Source: Fonticula alba ATCC 38817 (Eukaryota > Protista > Nucleariida). From it: 64,000 nt of DNA. The notes under the pieces were generated by a model. The model had not been told where the DNA came from. It saw only the letters and a list, made by a program, of their open reading frames with translations, and did not search any database. Position 1 is the stretch's first letter, and each line of letters starts with the position of its first letter. The DNA is taken from the NCBI GenBank assembly GCA_000388065.2, contig KB932204.1, one strand, 5' to 3'. This document shows, in pieces, positions 1-11,929 of this stretch. Made by a program: the position numbers and the translations under genes.

Positions 1-524
1 CCCCCCCCCCGCTGCTGCCCAAGGGAACGACTATCTCGGCATGCGTCGGGCCGCGAAGTGGGACCCGACGCCCCCGCGGCCCCTGTGGTGCCCCCCCCCC
101 CCCGGCTCTCCGGTGCTTGAAGCTGACATTTTTGCGGCGTCCATATGGCACGCCAGGGCTCCAGATCGTACTTCAGTATCAGCAAGCGGGGAGACGTGTT
201 CCGTCGACATCCTTACCCTGAGTCCTCCGGCCCATGTGTATATGTATGCGTGTGGATGTGGATGCGCGCTCGTGCGTCTGTCAAAGGGCCCAAAAAAAGA
301 CTGACTCTCGCTCTTGGAGCAACACAACCCACCCACGCAAGAGAGGTTGAAGGCCCCAGGGCCTCTCTCTCTCTCTCTCCCTTTCTCTCGGGGACTCGAA
401 GGATAAATGTGTGTATGCATTTGTGCATTTGTGCGTGTGTGCATGTTCCTGGAGCGAGGATGCGTAGGGAGAAAGAGGCGCGAGGGTGTGTGATCTCTAT
501 GTCGCTGATCACGTGTGCCAGCTC

Positions 525-1854
525 TCATCCCTGCGGGTACTGCCGGCAATACTCCCAGATTGCAATGCTCCCGGCCACCCCGGCATTCAGACTGCAGGGG
601 GAGAGAGCACCGGGGGCGGTGGCTGTCTGGGACCTCGAGCCAGCGGGGCCGGCGCCGGGGCTGGCTACCTCAGGCCGAGGGGTGGCCCACGGATCGGTCG
701 ATTGGCGGGGGCTCCGATGGGAGGCACCGACCGCAGAGGGTGCCATCTCGGATCCGACGTCCTCGCCACTGAAGCCATGCATGGCGATCTCCACAACATG
801 GTCACACATGCGCAAGACATCCGGAGCAATGCCGGCGCGCTCGTTGCCGATAATCAAAGCCACCTTCCGAGGGAAGGAAAACCCATAGAGGCAAGAGGAC
901 CCACGGGCAGGAGGCTCGCCGGTGGTGCTGCCTGTGGACACGGCGTGGTCCGCCTGCTCCAGGCCAACCAGCGAGTAGCCCTCCTGTCGGAGACGCCGCA
1001 GAGAGGGGAGAAGTGTGCGTGCGCGACGGATGTCCAACGGCCGGACAGCTCCGGCCCCGGCCTCGGGGACATAGGAATCCGGCACCACACGGGCAATCTC
1101 CGCGTGGAGCTTGGCATTGGTCGAGTCGGCGATAACCAGCGCCCGGACACCGAGGGCGGAGCATGTCCGTGCTAGGATGCTGGCATTGACAGCCGACCGC
1201 ATGGGAGACAGAACAACAACTGCCGGGGAAACAAGCGGGGCCAGTGGCCGGAGGGAAGGGGAGGCGGCACATGTCCGGCGACTTGGGTCAGGAACCGGGG
1301 CAGCCGACATGGAAGAACGCAGTGGTATGGGAGAGAGCGAGCGAGCGAGCGAGAGAGAGCGAGAGAGAGACGAGCAGGAAGGCGGGGCTTCACGCACCAA
1401 GATCGCGCTCACGGGTCAAAGGAACTGGGCCCCGGTGGCGCGCCTGCACCAGATCCCCGGACCGGATGTCCCCCTCGGGCCCAGGATCCTCGGTCAAGGT
1501 GTCCGCCCCCACGGCTTCAGCCACAGGGAGCCGATCTGCCAGCTCGATCGATGACAAGCCCTCGAGGACGGACAGGCTGGGGGGATGCGTTGCCGTCGCC
1601 GCCGTCGTCGCCGCCGCCGCCGCCGCCGCAGCAGCAGCAGCAGCAGCAGCATTTGTGGCCGGATGAGCAGGCCCGCGCCCGGGGAAAAGCGAAGCCGCCG
1701 CGGCCGGGCTTTCGGCCAGAAGGGCGTCCAGGATCTCGGCGTGGCCCTTCTTCGCTCGGCGACTGGCCTTGGCATAGGTGGCCCGGCTGAGGGGCAAGAC
1801 GGCGGCCGTGGCCGCGACCGGCCGAAGGTGGGTGGCGATCTTGCCAAGCATCAT
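525..1854 (-). CDS. SpoU/TrmH-family (SPOUT) RNA 2'-O-methyltransferase, probably organelle-targeted; 2 exons (1854-1398, 1219-525)
   Basis: Splicing GTGCGT(1397)...CAG(1220) gives RDLVVVLSPMRSAVNASILARTCSALG. Later come the SPOUT knot motifs LVGLEQ, VALIIGNERAGI, DHVVEIAM and SLNAGVAGSIAIWEY. The N-terminus is Arg/Ala-rich and presequence-like. Confidence 0.85.
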
Positions 1855-2369
1855 GGTCTCGGCCTTGCCCACGTCCCTTCAAACAACTACGAGGATACCC
1901 AGAGCGAAGATGGATGGAGAGAGAGAAAAAAAAGCACGAGCAGGAGGTTGGTATCTGGCCGGGGGGTGGCGGTGCGGGAGGGAGGCCGCTCCCTTTCGGA
2001 ATATGCCCCCGCCCCCTCGGACACACCTCCACCCCCCCCCCCCCCCCCGGAGGGCGCGGCAGGAAAGTTGCAGGCACCGCGGAGGCGCGCCAATGTTTCA
2101 CCCAGCTGCCAACGCATGGGCGATCTGATCGACGTTCCCCCGCCCGCCCCGGAGAAGCACACACCGTCCGACACTCGTCATCGGTCGGGGACAGATTTGA
2201 CTGGCCGACTTGGGGGGGGGGGAATCTGACTCGCGGCCTCTAAACTCGCCCCCCCCCCCCCCCCCCCCGAATCCCAGCCCCCTCCTCGTCCTCCTCCCGC
2301 TACTCCCAGTTGGCATACATCTGCCCTCCGGATTTCTCGTCCGGCTTTCCTCTTCCCAAAGGCACAAGC
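1855..2369. promoter_or_regulatory. Probable bidirectional promoter region between divergent TrmH and PEX6 genes (~515 bp)
   Basis: Head-to-head gene geometry only; no specific element identified. Confidence 0.35.
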
Positions 2370-5300
2370 ATGCTCGAGATCTACTCGGCATCGCTTCTGC
2401 CGGGCGCGCTGCTCGATCCCACGAACCATCGTGCGGTGTTGGTGTCACCAACGGCGGCGGTGCGTCTCGGCCTGCTGCCGGGCCAGCCGAGCAACCTCTT
2501 CTTGTCGGTGGATTTGGCCCCATGCTGTGGCGGTCTCGCTGGCGCGTCGCCCTCCGAGGCATGGCTTGTGCGCGCCCTACCAGCATCGCGGCCACCGTCG
2601 CCAGGAGGGGCCCCCGGGCCAACCGAGCCGGAGCTCCTGCTCCCACCGGGCTTGGCTGCAAGCTGGCAGGCCGGCCCGGAGCCGATGTGTGCCAGCCATG
2701 GCGGATCTTCGGGGACCTCTCCCCTGCATGAGGCTCCCAAAATGCACGTGCGCATCATGTCCCGCCATGCACTGCCGGCTGGCCGGGATGAACACCCACC
2801 GGCCCCGGCACATGTGCCGCCCGCCGCCGGGGTGTACATCAGCCGGGTGCTCACACCCACCGAAGAGACGCACTACAGCCAGCTGGACCTGCCGGCCGGC
2901 GGCTGGCGGGGTGTGCTCAATGCCGAGGGGCCAGCTTGCGTGCCGGCATTGAAGGACGCGAGGGCCGTCCTCGGTGGGGCCTGTCCGGACTGCTCGCCCA
3001 CAGGGCGGCCAGTCGCCGGCGCCTGTGCCCGCTGCCTGCAGACCTTCGCTCTGCTGGAGTCCACGTGCCGGGCTGGGCCACCAGAGGTGGCTGCTCTGAG
3101 GCACTTCTTTTCGCGACCGCGGCTCCTTCGTCCGGGCGAGGTGCTGACCGTGCCGCTGGACATCGCAAATGCCCGCCCGGAGGCTGTTGGTCTCTTCCGG
3201 GTGGAGGAAATCCTGCCGGCCCCCGAGATGCAAGCCCCTGCCCAGGGGCCGGAGCGCCTCTTTGTCCCCGGGCGGAGCTTTCTCCGGCAGCGGCCACCGG
3301 TCCCCCTGGCCGGGCCGGCTCCGGTATGTCCGGAGTCCGGCCAGTCGGCCTGGCTGCGCGCCTTTGCCGCGGAATCTGGGCGCCTGGCTGCCCACCTTCG
3401 CGCCGGCACCCGAGACTCCTCCGGGCTCGGGCTTTTGTGCCTGTACAGTCGCCTTCCCTGTGCTGCGTCTGTGGTCGAGGAAATCCAAGTGCTTCTGTGT
3501 GCGGCCGTGTGCCGTCGAGCCGGGTGGTTTCCCATCCTGCTTGATTCGGCGGCTTTGCTGGAGCCCGCCGGCCCCGGGGCACCTCCCCCCTCGGCCGCGG
3601 CCACCCGACAGCATGATGCCGCCCTGGCCGCCCTGGAGGATCGCGTTGCCCGAGCTGTATCCGCCGGGGCGCGGGCATGTGTAGTTGCATTTCGCGCGAC
3701 GGGATCCGCTGTGGCCGCTGGCCCGGCACCCGGGCACTCGGGCAAACTCTCCGGTATGAGGCCTCCTCCTGTCGCGCGCTGTCCCCCCGCCCCCTGCCGG
3801 GGGCCACAACCTTCCGGCCCGTGTTACTGACCGTCATGCCTTTCTTCTGCCCTTTGTCCACGTCGGAATAGAGAAGGCGTGCGATCGGCTGGCGCGGATC
3901 ATTCGCGCAGCCGGCGGCACCGGGATCATTTGCGTGGTATGTGGCGACTGATGCGAGCATGCCCGAAGGCGACATGCATGTATCCGAAAGGCGGGGGGCG
4001 AGAGGGAGCGGCGCACACATGCACCCCGATCACCGGCCCCGGCCCCGGCCCCGGCCCCGGCCCTGGCCGCCCTTCCGCCTGCTCCGCTCATCATTTGCCT
4101 GCTCGGCGTCCACTAACACCCGGCTTTCGGCTTCCCGATCCGTCTTCCGGGAAATGGGCTTAGAAATCCAAAACCGACCTCAGCGAGTACCTCCTGCCAC
4201 TGGTGACCAGCTTCTGTGTATTGGAGGTGTGTGTGTGTGTGTATGGAGAAGGGGGGCTTTTTCTTTCCTCTTTCCCTCTGTGTGTGTGCTGCCTGCCAGC
4301 GCCATTTCCCCCCCCAACAGCGATGCTGATTGCCCGGCCTCACTGCCAGCGCCCGGACACCGATGCTCGGGGAGCCATGCTTCGCCGGAGCCTGTCGCGG
4401 CTGCCCCACGATCCGGCGCTCCTGTGTCCCGGGGCGCATGGCCAGGACCCGGTCACCGAGGCGGCCGAGCTGCTGTCCGGTGTTCTGGTATCACCCGGCG
4501 ATGCGGATACCCTGGCTTCCTGGGCCTTCGCCCTCGCCCAAGACCGGTGCGTTGGGGCGGCACCAGGGCGCGAGGGGTGCCTTTCGCACCATGCTATGCG
4601 CGAGATTCCCGCTCCTTCCCCTGCTCCTTCCGGGCCCTGACAAATCGGGGTTTCCCCCCCCCCCCCCNNNNNNNNNNNNNNNNNNNNNNNNNNNNNNNNN
4701 NNNNNNNNNNNNNNNNNNNNNNNNNNNNNNNNNNNNNNNNNNNNNNNNNNNNNNNNNNNNNNNNNNNNNNNNNNNNNNNNNNNNNNNNNNNNNNNNNNNN
4801 NNNNNNNNNNNNNNNNNNNNNNNNNNNNNNNNNNNNNNNNNNNNNNNNNNNNNNNNNNNNNNNNNNNNNNNNNNNNNNNNNNNNNNNNNNNNNNNNNNNN
4901 NNNNNNNNNNNNNNNNNNNNNNNNNNNNNNNNNNNNNNNNNNNNNNNNNNNNNNNNNNNNNNNNNNNNNNNNNNNNNNNNNNNNNNNNNNNNNNNNNNNN
5001 NNNNNNNNNNNNNNNNNNNNNNNNNNNNNNNNNNNNNNNNNNNNNNNNNNNNNNNNNNNNNNNNNNNNNNNNNNNNNNNNNNNNNNNNNNNNNNNNNNNN
5101 NNNNNNNNNNNNNNNNNNNNNNNNNNNNNNNNNNNNNNNNNNNNNNNNNNNNNNNNNNNNNNNNNNNNNNNNNNNNNNNNNNCCCCCCACCTTGGACGAC
5201 GGATGTGACAATCTGTCCGTCGCCCTGATTGGTGTTGGTAACAGACTATTCCCCCCCCCCCCCTTCTTGACTTCCCTTCGCCTCCGGTCCCTGCGCGGCG

Positions 5301-6178
5301 ATAGATCGCCTCGGCTCCGTGCGTCCTTTTCTTTGACGAGCTGGATGCGCTGGCCCCGGCCCGGAGCGCCGGCAGCACCTCCTCCTCCAGTGGCGGCGTC
5401 CTCGGACGTGTGGTCAGCCAATTGCTGGCCGAGCTGGACGCCGTGTCCACCTCCAGCGCCCAAGTGTACTGCATTGCGGCCACCAATCGGCCGGAGCTTT
5501 GTGACCAGGACCTCTTCCGACCTGGAAGGTATGTCAGCCAGCCAGCCAGCCGGCCAGCCAGCCAGCCAGCCGGCAAGTCCCTGCCCTCGCTCTCCCCCCT
5601 CGCCGGGGTTCCCCCGCTTGTCCGCTGGGCGCAGCGACTCACATCCGCCCCCTTTCTTTTCTTTTTTTTTCCCGCCGCATTTCCCCTCTCGTCCCAGATT
5701 TGACCGCATGCTCTATCTCGGCCCGGCGGAGAGCGCCTCGGCGCAGGTGAACATCCTCCGAGCCTGCTTCCGGTCGATGAATGCCGGCCGATATCCCATC
5801 GATCCGGCCGTGCGCGACTGCGACCAAACCCTGATGGCGGCTCTGCGCGGCGACACCGGGGCCGGGCGTGCCTCCTCCCTGGCCGAGAACGGTGGGCTTG
5901 GCCAGGCCAATGCCCCGGACCCGGGGGCCGAGGAGGGCAAGGCGCCAGCCCCACTGACCGGGGCCGACATTCGGGGTCTCTGTGAGGCGGCCTTCACTTT
6001 GGCCACGCGCCGGTGTGTGGCCCGGCTGCAGGAGCTGTCCCCCGGATCGGCGGCCTTCCGCGCGGAGCGCGTTTTGGTCCAGGCAGCAGACTTGCACCAT
6101 GCCCGAGCCGCGCTCGTCCCTTCGGTTTCCCCCGAACAGTTGGCCGAGTACAATGCGCTGCGAGACCGCTACACGTGA
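2370..6178 (+). CDS. PEX6: Peroxisomal biogenesis AAA+ ATPase PEX6-like, multi-exon, interrupted by assembly gap 4668-5182
   Basis: The D2 motifs are [16 protein letters not shown] (Walker B), [32 protein letters not shown]|FDRMLYLG and [10 protein letters not shown]. The MLYLG and [10 protein letters not shown] segments are typical of PEX6. Internal exons around the gap are not resolved. Confidence 0.75.
4668..5182. other. Assembly gap (515 N) inside PEX6
   Basis: N run flanked by poly-C on both sides. Confidence 0.99.
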
Positions 6179-6438
6179 AGCACGTGATACGGCCCATGTA
6201 GTCATGCATCGCCCTGCCAACGGGAATTCAAAATGCCCCGGCCGGCCGGCCGGCCGTCCTGGTGGCCGGAATACAAATCAAACACCGCCATCTGCCCCCG
6301 CCCCTTTTTTCATTCTCCCTTTTTGCTCTTGCCCCCCTCCCCCCCTCTTCCTCCTCCCGGCTTGCCAAGCATCGCTGCCTGTTTCGCTGTATCTCCCCCT
6401 CCCCATTTTGCCTTCGCCCCGTCTCTCGCCACCTCCTC

Positions 6439-9400
6439 ATGAGCGGCAACGAGAATACCTCCACCGCCGGCACGGCGCTTGACAAGCGCTCCGAGGCTGG
6501 TCTCCAGCGGCTGCTGCGTTCTCTGCCAGAGGTCCGGCTGGATCGATTATTTTTTTTTCCTGCTCCCCCCTCACTTTGTGATGTTGCTGACACTCGGTCG
6601 TCTTTTTTTCCACCTTCATGAACATGTCCCCGTTGACGCCACAGCGTCGGGCCGATTGTGTGCGGGTGTTTGAGCGCTCAGACTACTACTCCCTACACGA
6701 GGAGGATGCATACACCGCGGCTCAGATTGTCTTCCGGACCTCAACCGCAATCAAGTTCCTTGGCGGTGCGGCAATCAGCCTATTTGCTATCTGTCTTCCT
6801 CCTTTTTTTTCTTTTTCTTCCGACATGTCTTTCCCTGTCTGGCCCCCGCGCCGCGCACACACGCCTCCTTCTCTTGCCCCATGCGGGCTGCTACTAACAT
6901 CAGGTGGGTAATCCGTCCAAACAACAATCCAGGCACTTCGGCCGCAGATGGCGGCGTGCCGAGCGTCTCCCTCTCGGAGGTGCAGTTCCGCACCCTGCTC
7001 AGGGAATTGCTTCTGCGTCAGCAGAAGTGCGTGGAGCTCTGGCCGGCGGACCCCGGGGCCCGTGCCCCCCGGCTGCAGGCCTCTCCGGGCAATTTGCAGG
7101 CTTTCGAGGAGCAACTCTTCGGCGAAGCCAGCGCCACCGACCACCAGGCTGACGATCTGGTAGTCAACCCGGTGGCCATGGCAGTGCGGCCTTTCGTGGT
7201 GAAGGGCCAAATCGTGCGCAATCCCGGGCTCTTTGACCTTTTGTGTGTCTCTCCTTCGGCCACGCACGCCCACATGCGCGCGCGCGCGCGCGTGTGTGTG
7301 TGTGAGAGAGAGAGAGAGTGTGTGTGTATATGGACGGCCATGTCAACTAACATTCCATCCCCCTTTCTCCCCTTGCTGCCGCTCACTTCGCGTCTGGCCA
7401 GCATCTTGGCATTGCATATGGCGATGCCACGGCCCGGACCATGGGGCTCTGCGAGATCACCGACTCTATTGCCTTCAACAACCTCCAGGTGCGTGCTTCG
7501 CCGATGGCTCTTTGACTTGACAATCCTCCCTCCCATGTGTTCTAACATGCTGGTATTTTCTTGATGCTCCTCTTGTCTGCCCTGTGTCCATCAGTCGCTG
7601 GCTATCCAAATCGGCGCCCGCGAGTGTATTCTTCCAAATGATGCGAACTCCTTCGAGGTTACCGAGATGTCCAAGGTCCTTTCGGCGGCTGGCATCCATC
7701 TGACCGCCACACCGAAGGGTGAGTTCAATCACCGGCCTCTGGCCCACTATGTCCTCCTGCTTTCCCCTCCCCCTCCCCCTCTCTCTGGTGTGCTCGTGCT
7801 TTGGAGGTTCAAGCTAACCTTTGCCCTTTTTCTCGCTCGCCGCCTGCGGCGTATGATCACCGGGATCACAGCCTCCTTCAATGCGCAGGCTTGCAAGCAG
7901 GACTTCGCCCGTCTTGCCAGCAAGGACTCATCCAACACCGCATCCGGTCCGTCCTGCTTCCGGCCCCCTCGCCTCTCCTCTTCCCCTCTGTCCCCGGCCC
8001 TGGGGCTTTTGCTTCCTGCACTCCCTCACACTCGTGTCCCCCCGATCCTGCTCCCCCCCCCCACCCACCCACCCGGCACATGCGCCTGCGGCATCACAGC
8101 TGCCGCAGACCTGGAGTATGCCACCCATGCGGCCACCGCCCTCATCACCTACTTGGGCCTTCTGCGGGATGAGAGCCTCCACCACCAGATGGCCTTCTCG
8201 GTGTACCAGCCGAAGTCCTTCATGCGGCTGGACGCCTCGGCCATCCGAGCGCTCGGCCTCTTCCCGGCGGCCGGGCCCGGGGGTGCTGGCGGGGCGGCCC
8301 TCTTGGCGGACATTGGGTCCGGTGGCGGCCCGGCGCTGGCCGGCGACTCGATCAATGCCAAGACTGCCTCGCTCTTCGGGCTGCTGAATCGCTGTCGCTC
8401 GGCACACGGATCGCGCCTGCTGGCCCGGTGGCTGAAGCAGCCGCTCCTCTGTCCGCGGGAGATCAACACCCGGCTGGACATTGTCGAGTGCCTGATGACC
8501 GACACCAGTCTCCGCCAGGCGGTGCAGGATGACTTCCTCCGGTCGGTGCCGGACCTGACGCGACTGATGCACAAGTTCGTGCGCGCGGCCATCCGCCGCC
8601 AGGGCAAGGCCGGCGCCCATCTGGGAGCCTCGCTGCAGGACGTGGTCCGCCTCTACCAGGTGATCAAACGCCTGCCGGTCCTGCAGGACGTCCTCAATCG
8701 GGCTGTGGCATCCGGCGGGATGCTGGCGAATGCGACATCCCTCAATGATGGGTGTGGCGCGTCGCCGGTGGACTCGCTGCGCGCCGGGGTGCTGAAGCCG
8801 CTGGAGGACCTGCTGCCTCATTTTACCAAGCTCCTGGAGCTGGTGGAGTTTTCCGTGGACCTGGCCGCCGTGGAGAATGGCGAGTTCCTCATCCACCCGC
8901 AGTATGACAGCGAGCTGTCCGGTGCGTATGCATACATGGCCCTGCTTGGTGCTCCCCGCCCCCGGCCCTCCCTCCCCCCTCCCCCTCCCCCCTGACGGGG
9001 TCTCTTCGGCCCTTTCGCATGGCCTCTCGCCCGACTTGCCTCTTTGGACACATGCTGACCCGCTTTCCTGGCGGCTCCCGGTCCACCAGAGCTCCGCAAG
9101 TCCATGGATGCCACCCGGCGGAAGATCGACCGGCTCTTCCACGAGACGGCCGCCTCCCTGGGGCTGGATCCCCAGAAGAAGGTCAAGCTCGACCAAAACA
9201 CCCTGTACGGCTTCCACATGCGCGTGACCAAGGCCGATGCCGGGCGCCTTCGTGGTAAGGCCCGCGTGCTGGAGCTGTCGACACAGAAGAGCGGCACTCT
9301 CTTCACCACGGCCGAGATGCGCCAGCTGAGTGGCCAGTACACGGAGTACTTCGATTTGTTCGAGCAGAAGCAGATTCTCGTGGTGGCGGACATCATCAGC

Positions 9401-11012
9401 GTGGCATCGACCTACGCCTCGCAGGTGATCCAGCTGGCCGACCTGCTGGCGCAGGTGGATGTTCTGGCGGCCTTCGCCGATGCCGCGGTCACGGCCCCGA
9501 GCGAGTTTGTCCGGCCGCAGGTGGTCCCGGCCGATCAGCCCGGGGCCCGGCTCACCCTGACGGGGTCCCGGCACCCCTGTGTCGAGGCCCAGCCCGATGT
9601 GTCCTTCATTCCCAATGACCTGGATCTGGCGCGGGCCGAGGCGGACTTCGTCATCCTCACCGGGCCGAACATGGGCGGCAAGTCGACTTTCATTCGGCAG
9701 GTGGGCATCATTGTGCTCATGGCCCAGGTGGGGTGCTTCGTGCCGTGCTCCTTTGCCCAGGTCCCGGTGCGCGATGCCATCTTGGCGCGCGTCGGCGCTG
9801 GCGATGCCCAGCTCAAGGGCATTTCCACCTTCATGGCCGAGATGCTGGAGACGGCATCCATCCTCCAGGTGGGTTCGCGCTGGAATGATGCTGGCCTTCT
9901 CTTTGCCATGCCATCTCCTCTTCGCTTCGGCCATCTGCTGTCAGGCCTTCCTCTTGCGCTTTCCCTTTCACTGACCGCAGTTACATTTGCCGCTGTCCTC
10001 GCTTCTCTCTCTCTCCCCCCCCCCCACACACACACGCATGCATGCATGCATGCACACATCCCTTCAGTCCGCCACCTCGGAGTCCCTGATCATTGTGGAT
10101 GAGCTTGGCCGCGGGACGTCTACCTACGACGGCTTCGGCCTTGCGTGGGCCATTTCCGAGCACATCGCTCGCGATCTCGGGGCATTTTGCCTGTTTGCCA
10201 CACACTTCCACGAGCTGACGGCTCTGGCGGATGAACTGCCCAATGTGCGGAACTTCCACGTGTCGGCCTACACCGGGCACGGATCGATCACCTTGCTGTA
10301 CCGCGTGCAGCCGGGCTTCTGCGACCAGAGCTTCGGTATCCATGTGGCTGAGATGGCCAAGTTCCCCGCACACGTGGTGGCCGTGCGTCTATCATCTCGC
10401 ACCGTTCCCCCCCCCCCCCCCCACCTCCCCCCTCTCCTGTGCCTCTCTCGCCTGCCTCACTCCCGCCCTGCCGTGCCCCTTGCCTGGATTCTCTTGGCCA
10501 ACCATGGCTATCAATCTGATGCTGACCCCACCTCCGCCCCTTCCTCTCTTGTGCACGATAGCTTGCCAAACGCAAGGCCAGCGAACTTGAGGACTTCGGT
10601 GGACGTACGTCCGCTTCCTCTTTGCTCTTCCCTTCTCCGCCCCAAATGCCCCTTCTGNNNNNNNNNNNNNNNNNNNNNNNNNNNNNNNNNNNNNNNNCCC
10701 CCCCCCCCCCCATCACCGGCCATAGACAATGAGATGGACCGCAAGCGCAAGTACTCAAAGGACGACATCGACGCTGGACAGGCCCTCATTCGGACCTTCC
10801 TCGATGGCGTGGCCGGCCTGCCGGCGGACCTCCTTCACCAGGCGGACGCCAGCCCGGCCGGGTTGCCCGGTGACACGCCCCCGCTGCCGGAGGGCACGAA
10901 CCACTCGCACGACGCCGCCCGGCGGGAACTTGTCGGCCGGCTTGCCGCCCTCTCGGAGCCGATCACCGCCAGCGACAACCCTTATGTGAAGGACATCCTG
11001 CACACCCTCTGA
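6439..11012 (+). CDS. MSH2: DNA mismatch repair protein MSH2 (MutS family), 11 exons
   Basis: Motifs are [72 protein letters not shown] (Walker A), [49 protein letters not shown] and [17 protein letters not shown] introns keep the frame. A 40-N gap (10658-10697) lies in the last intron. Confidence 0.96.
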
Positions 11013-11929
11013 TGTGGGAGGAAGGCAAAAATGGGGCGAGGAGAACAAGCTCGAGGAGCTGGCCCTCCGCCGCGACCACCACCACCACCACCAGTGCCTC
11101 TGGCAAAATGCCTTTGATGCCTCCGTGTTACCGATTGCCTGTGCCGCAATGGCGCGCCACCACCAAATAGATCCCTGCCTCCCTGGCGCGTGATTGTCCA
11201 TGTGACTGTCTCCTTGGACGTGAGCACGCATGTGATGTGCCCTCTCCCTGTCGCACGTGTGATTCGTTTGACGATCTGCCCTTTTCTCTGGGTTTTCTTG
11301 GGCAGCATGAAATAATGGTCCCGACTCGGCCGACCAGCTGGGAGACAGATGGTGGGGGCCGGGGTCCTCCTGCCCCGTCTACCAACCAGCCTCTCCCTGT
11401 TGGAAAAACTGGATGTGTGTGTGTGTGTGTGTGTGCAAGGGGGGTTCAACCATTCCCGACTGCCCCTCGCCGCTCCGCGGTCCGGGGGAGGGGGGGAAAC
11501 GTAAACAACAGAAACATGCCACCACCCGGCCCCTGGCAGGGTAGTGGTTAGGCACTGGGGGCGCGGCCGATGGGCGGCGGACTGCCCCTCACATCCATCC
11601 AGCGATTCCTGGCCGGCGAGGCACGCCGTGGACCCTTCGCCTCTCCACGCCTCTCAGGGCACCGCGCGACTGCCTCTCGGGCAGATTTCCGCCGATCGCC
11701 CGAAGAGGAGCCGGGGCGCTGCGCGTTGCCTGCGCAGTCTGCGCACCCCTCCACTCCCCTTTTCACCCCCCCCCCCCCCCCCCCGCCCGTTTGACCCGCG
11801 CCTCGCTCGTTCCTCTCTTTTCCCTCCTTCCTCCCCCCCCCCTCCTCCCTGCACGACAAGCACTCGTAAGCACACAAACGCCAGACACACATATACACAT
11901 CCACACACCCGTGGTGTCCCCTCTCAGCC

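Noticed and set aside
3941-6178. ORF-track entries running through N gaps (e.g. 745 aa, also 17887-19569, 41500-44469, 60540-61487)
   Set aside because: Artefacts of translating Ns and reading through introns; only the motif-bearing parts were kept.
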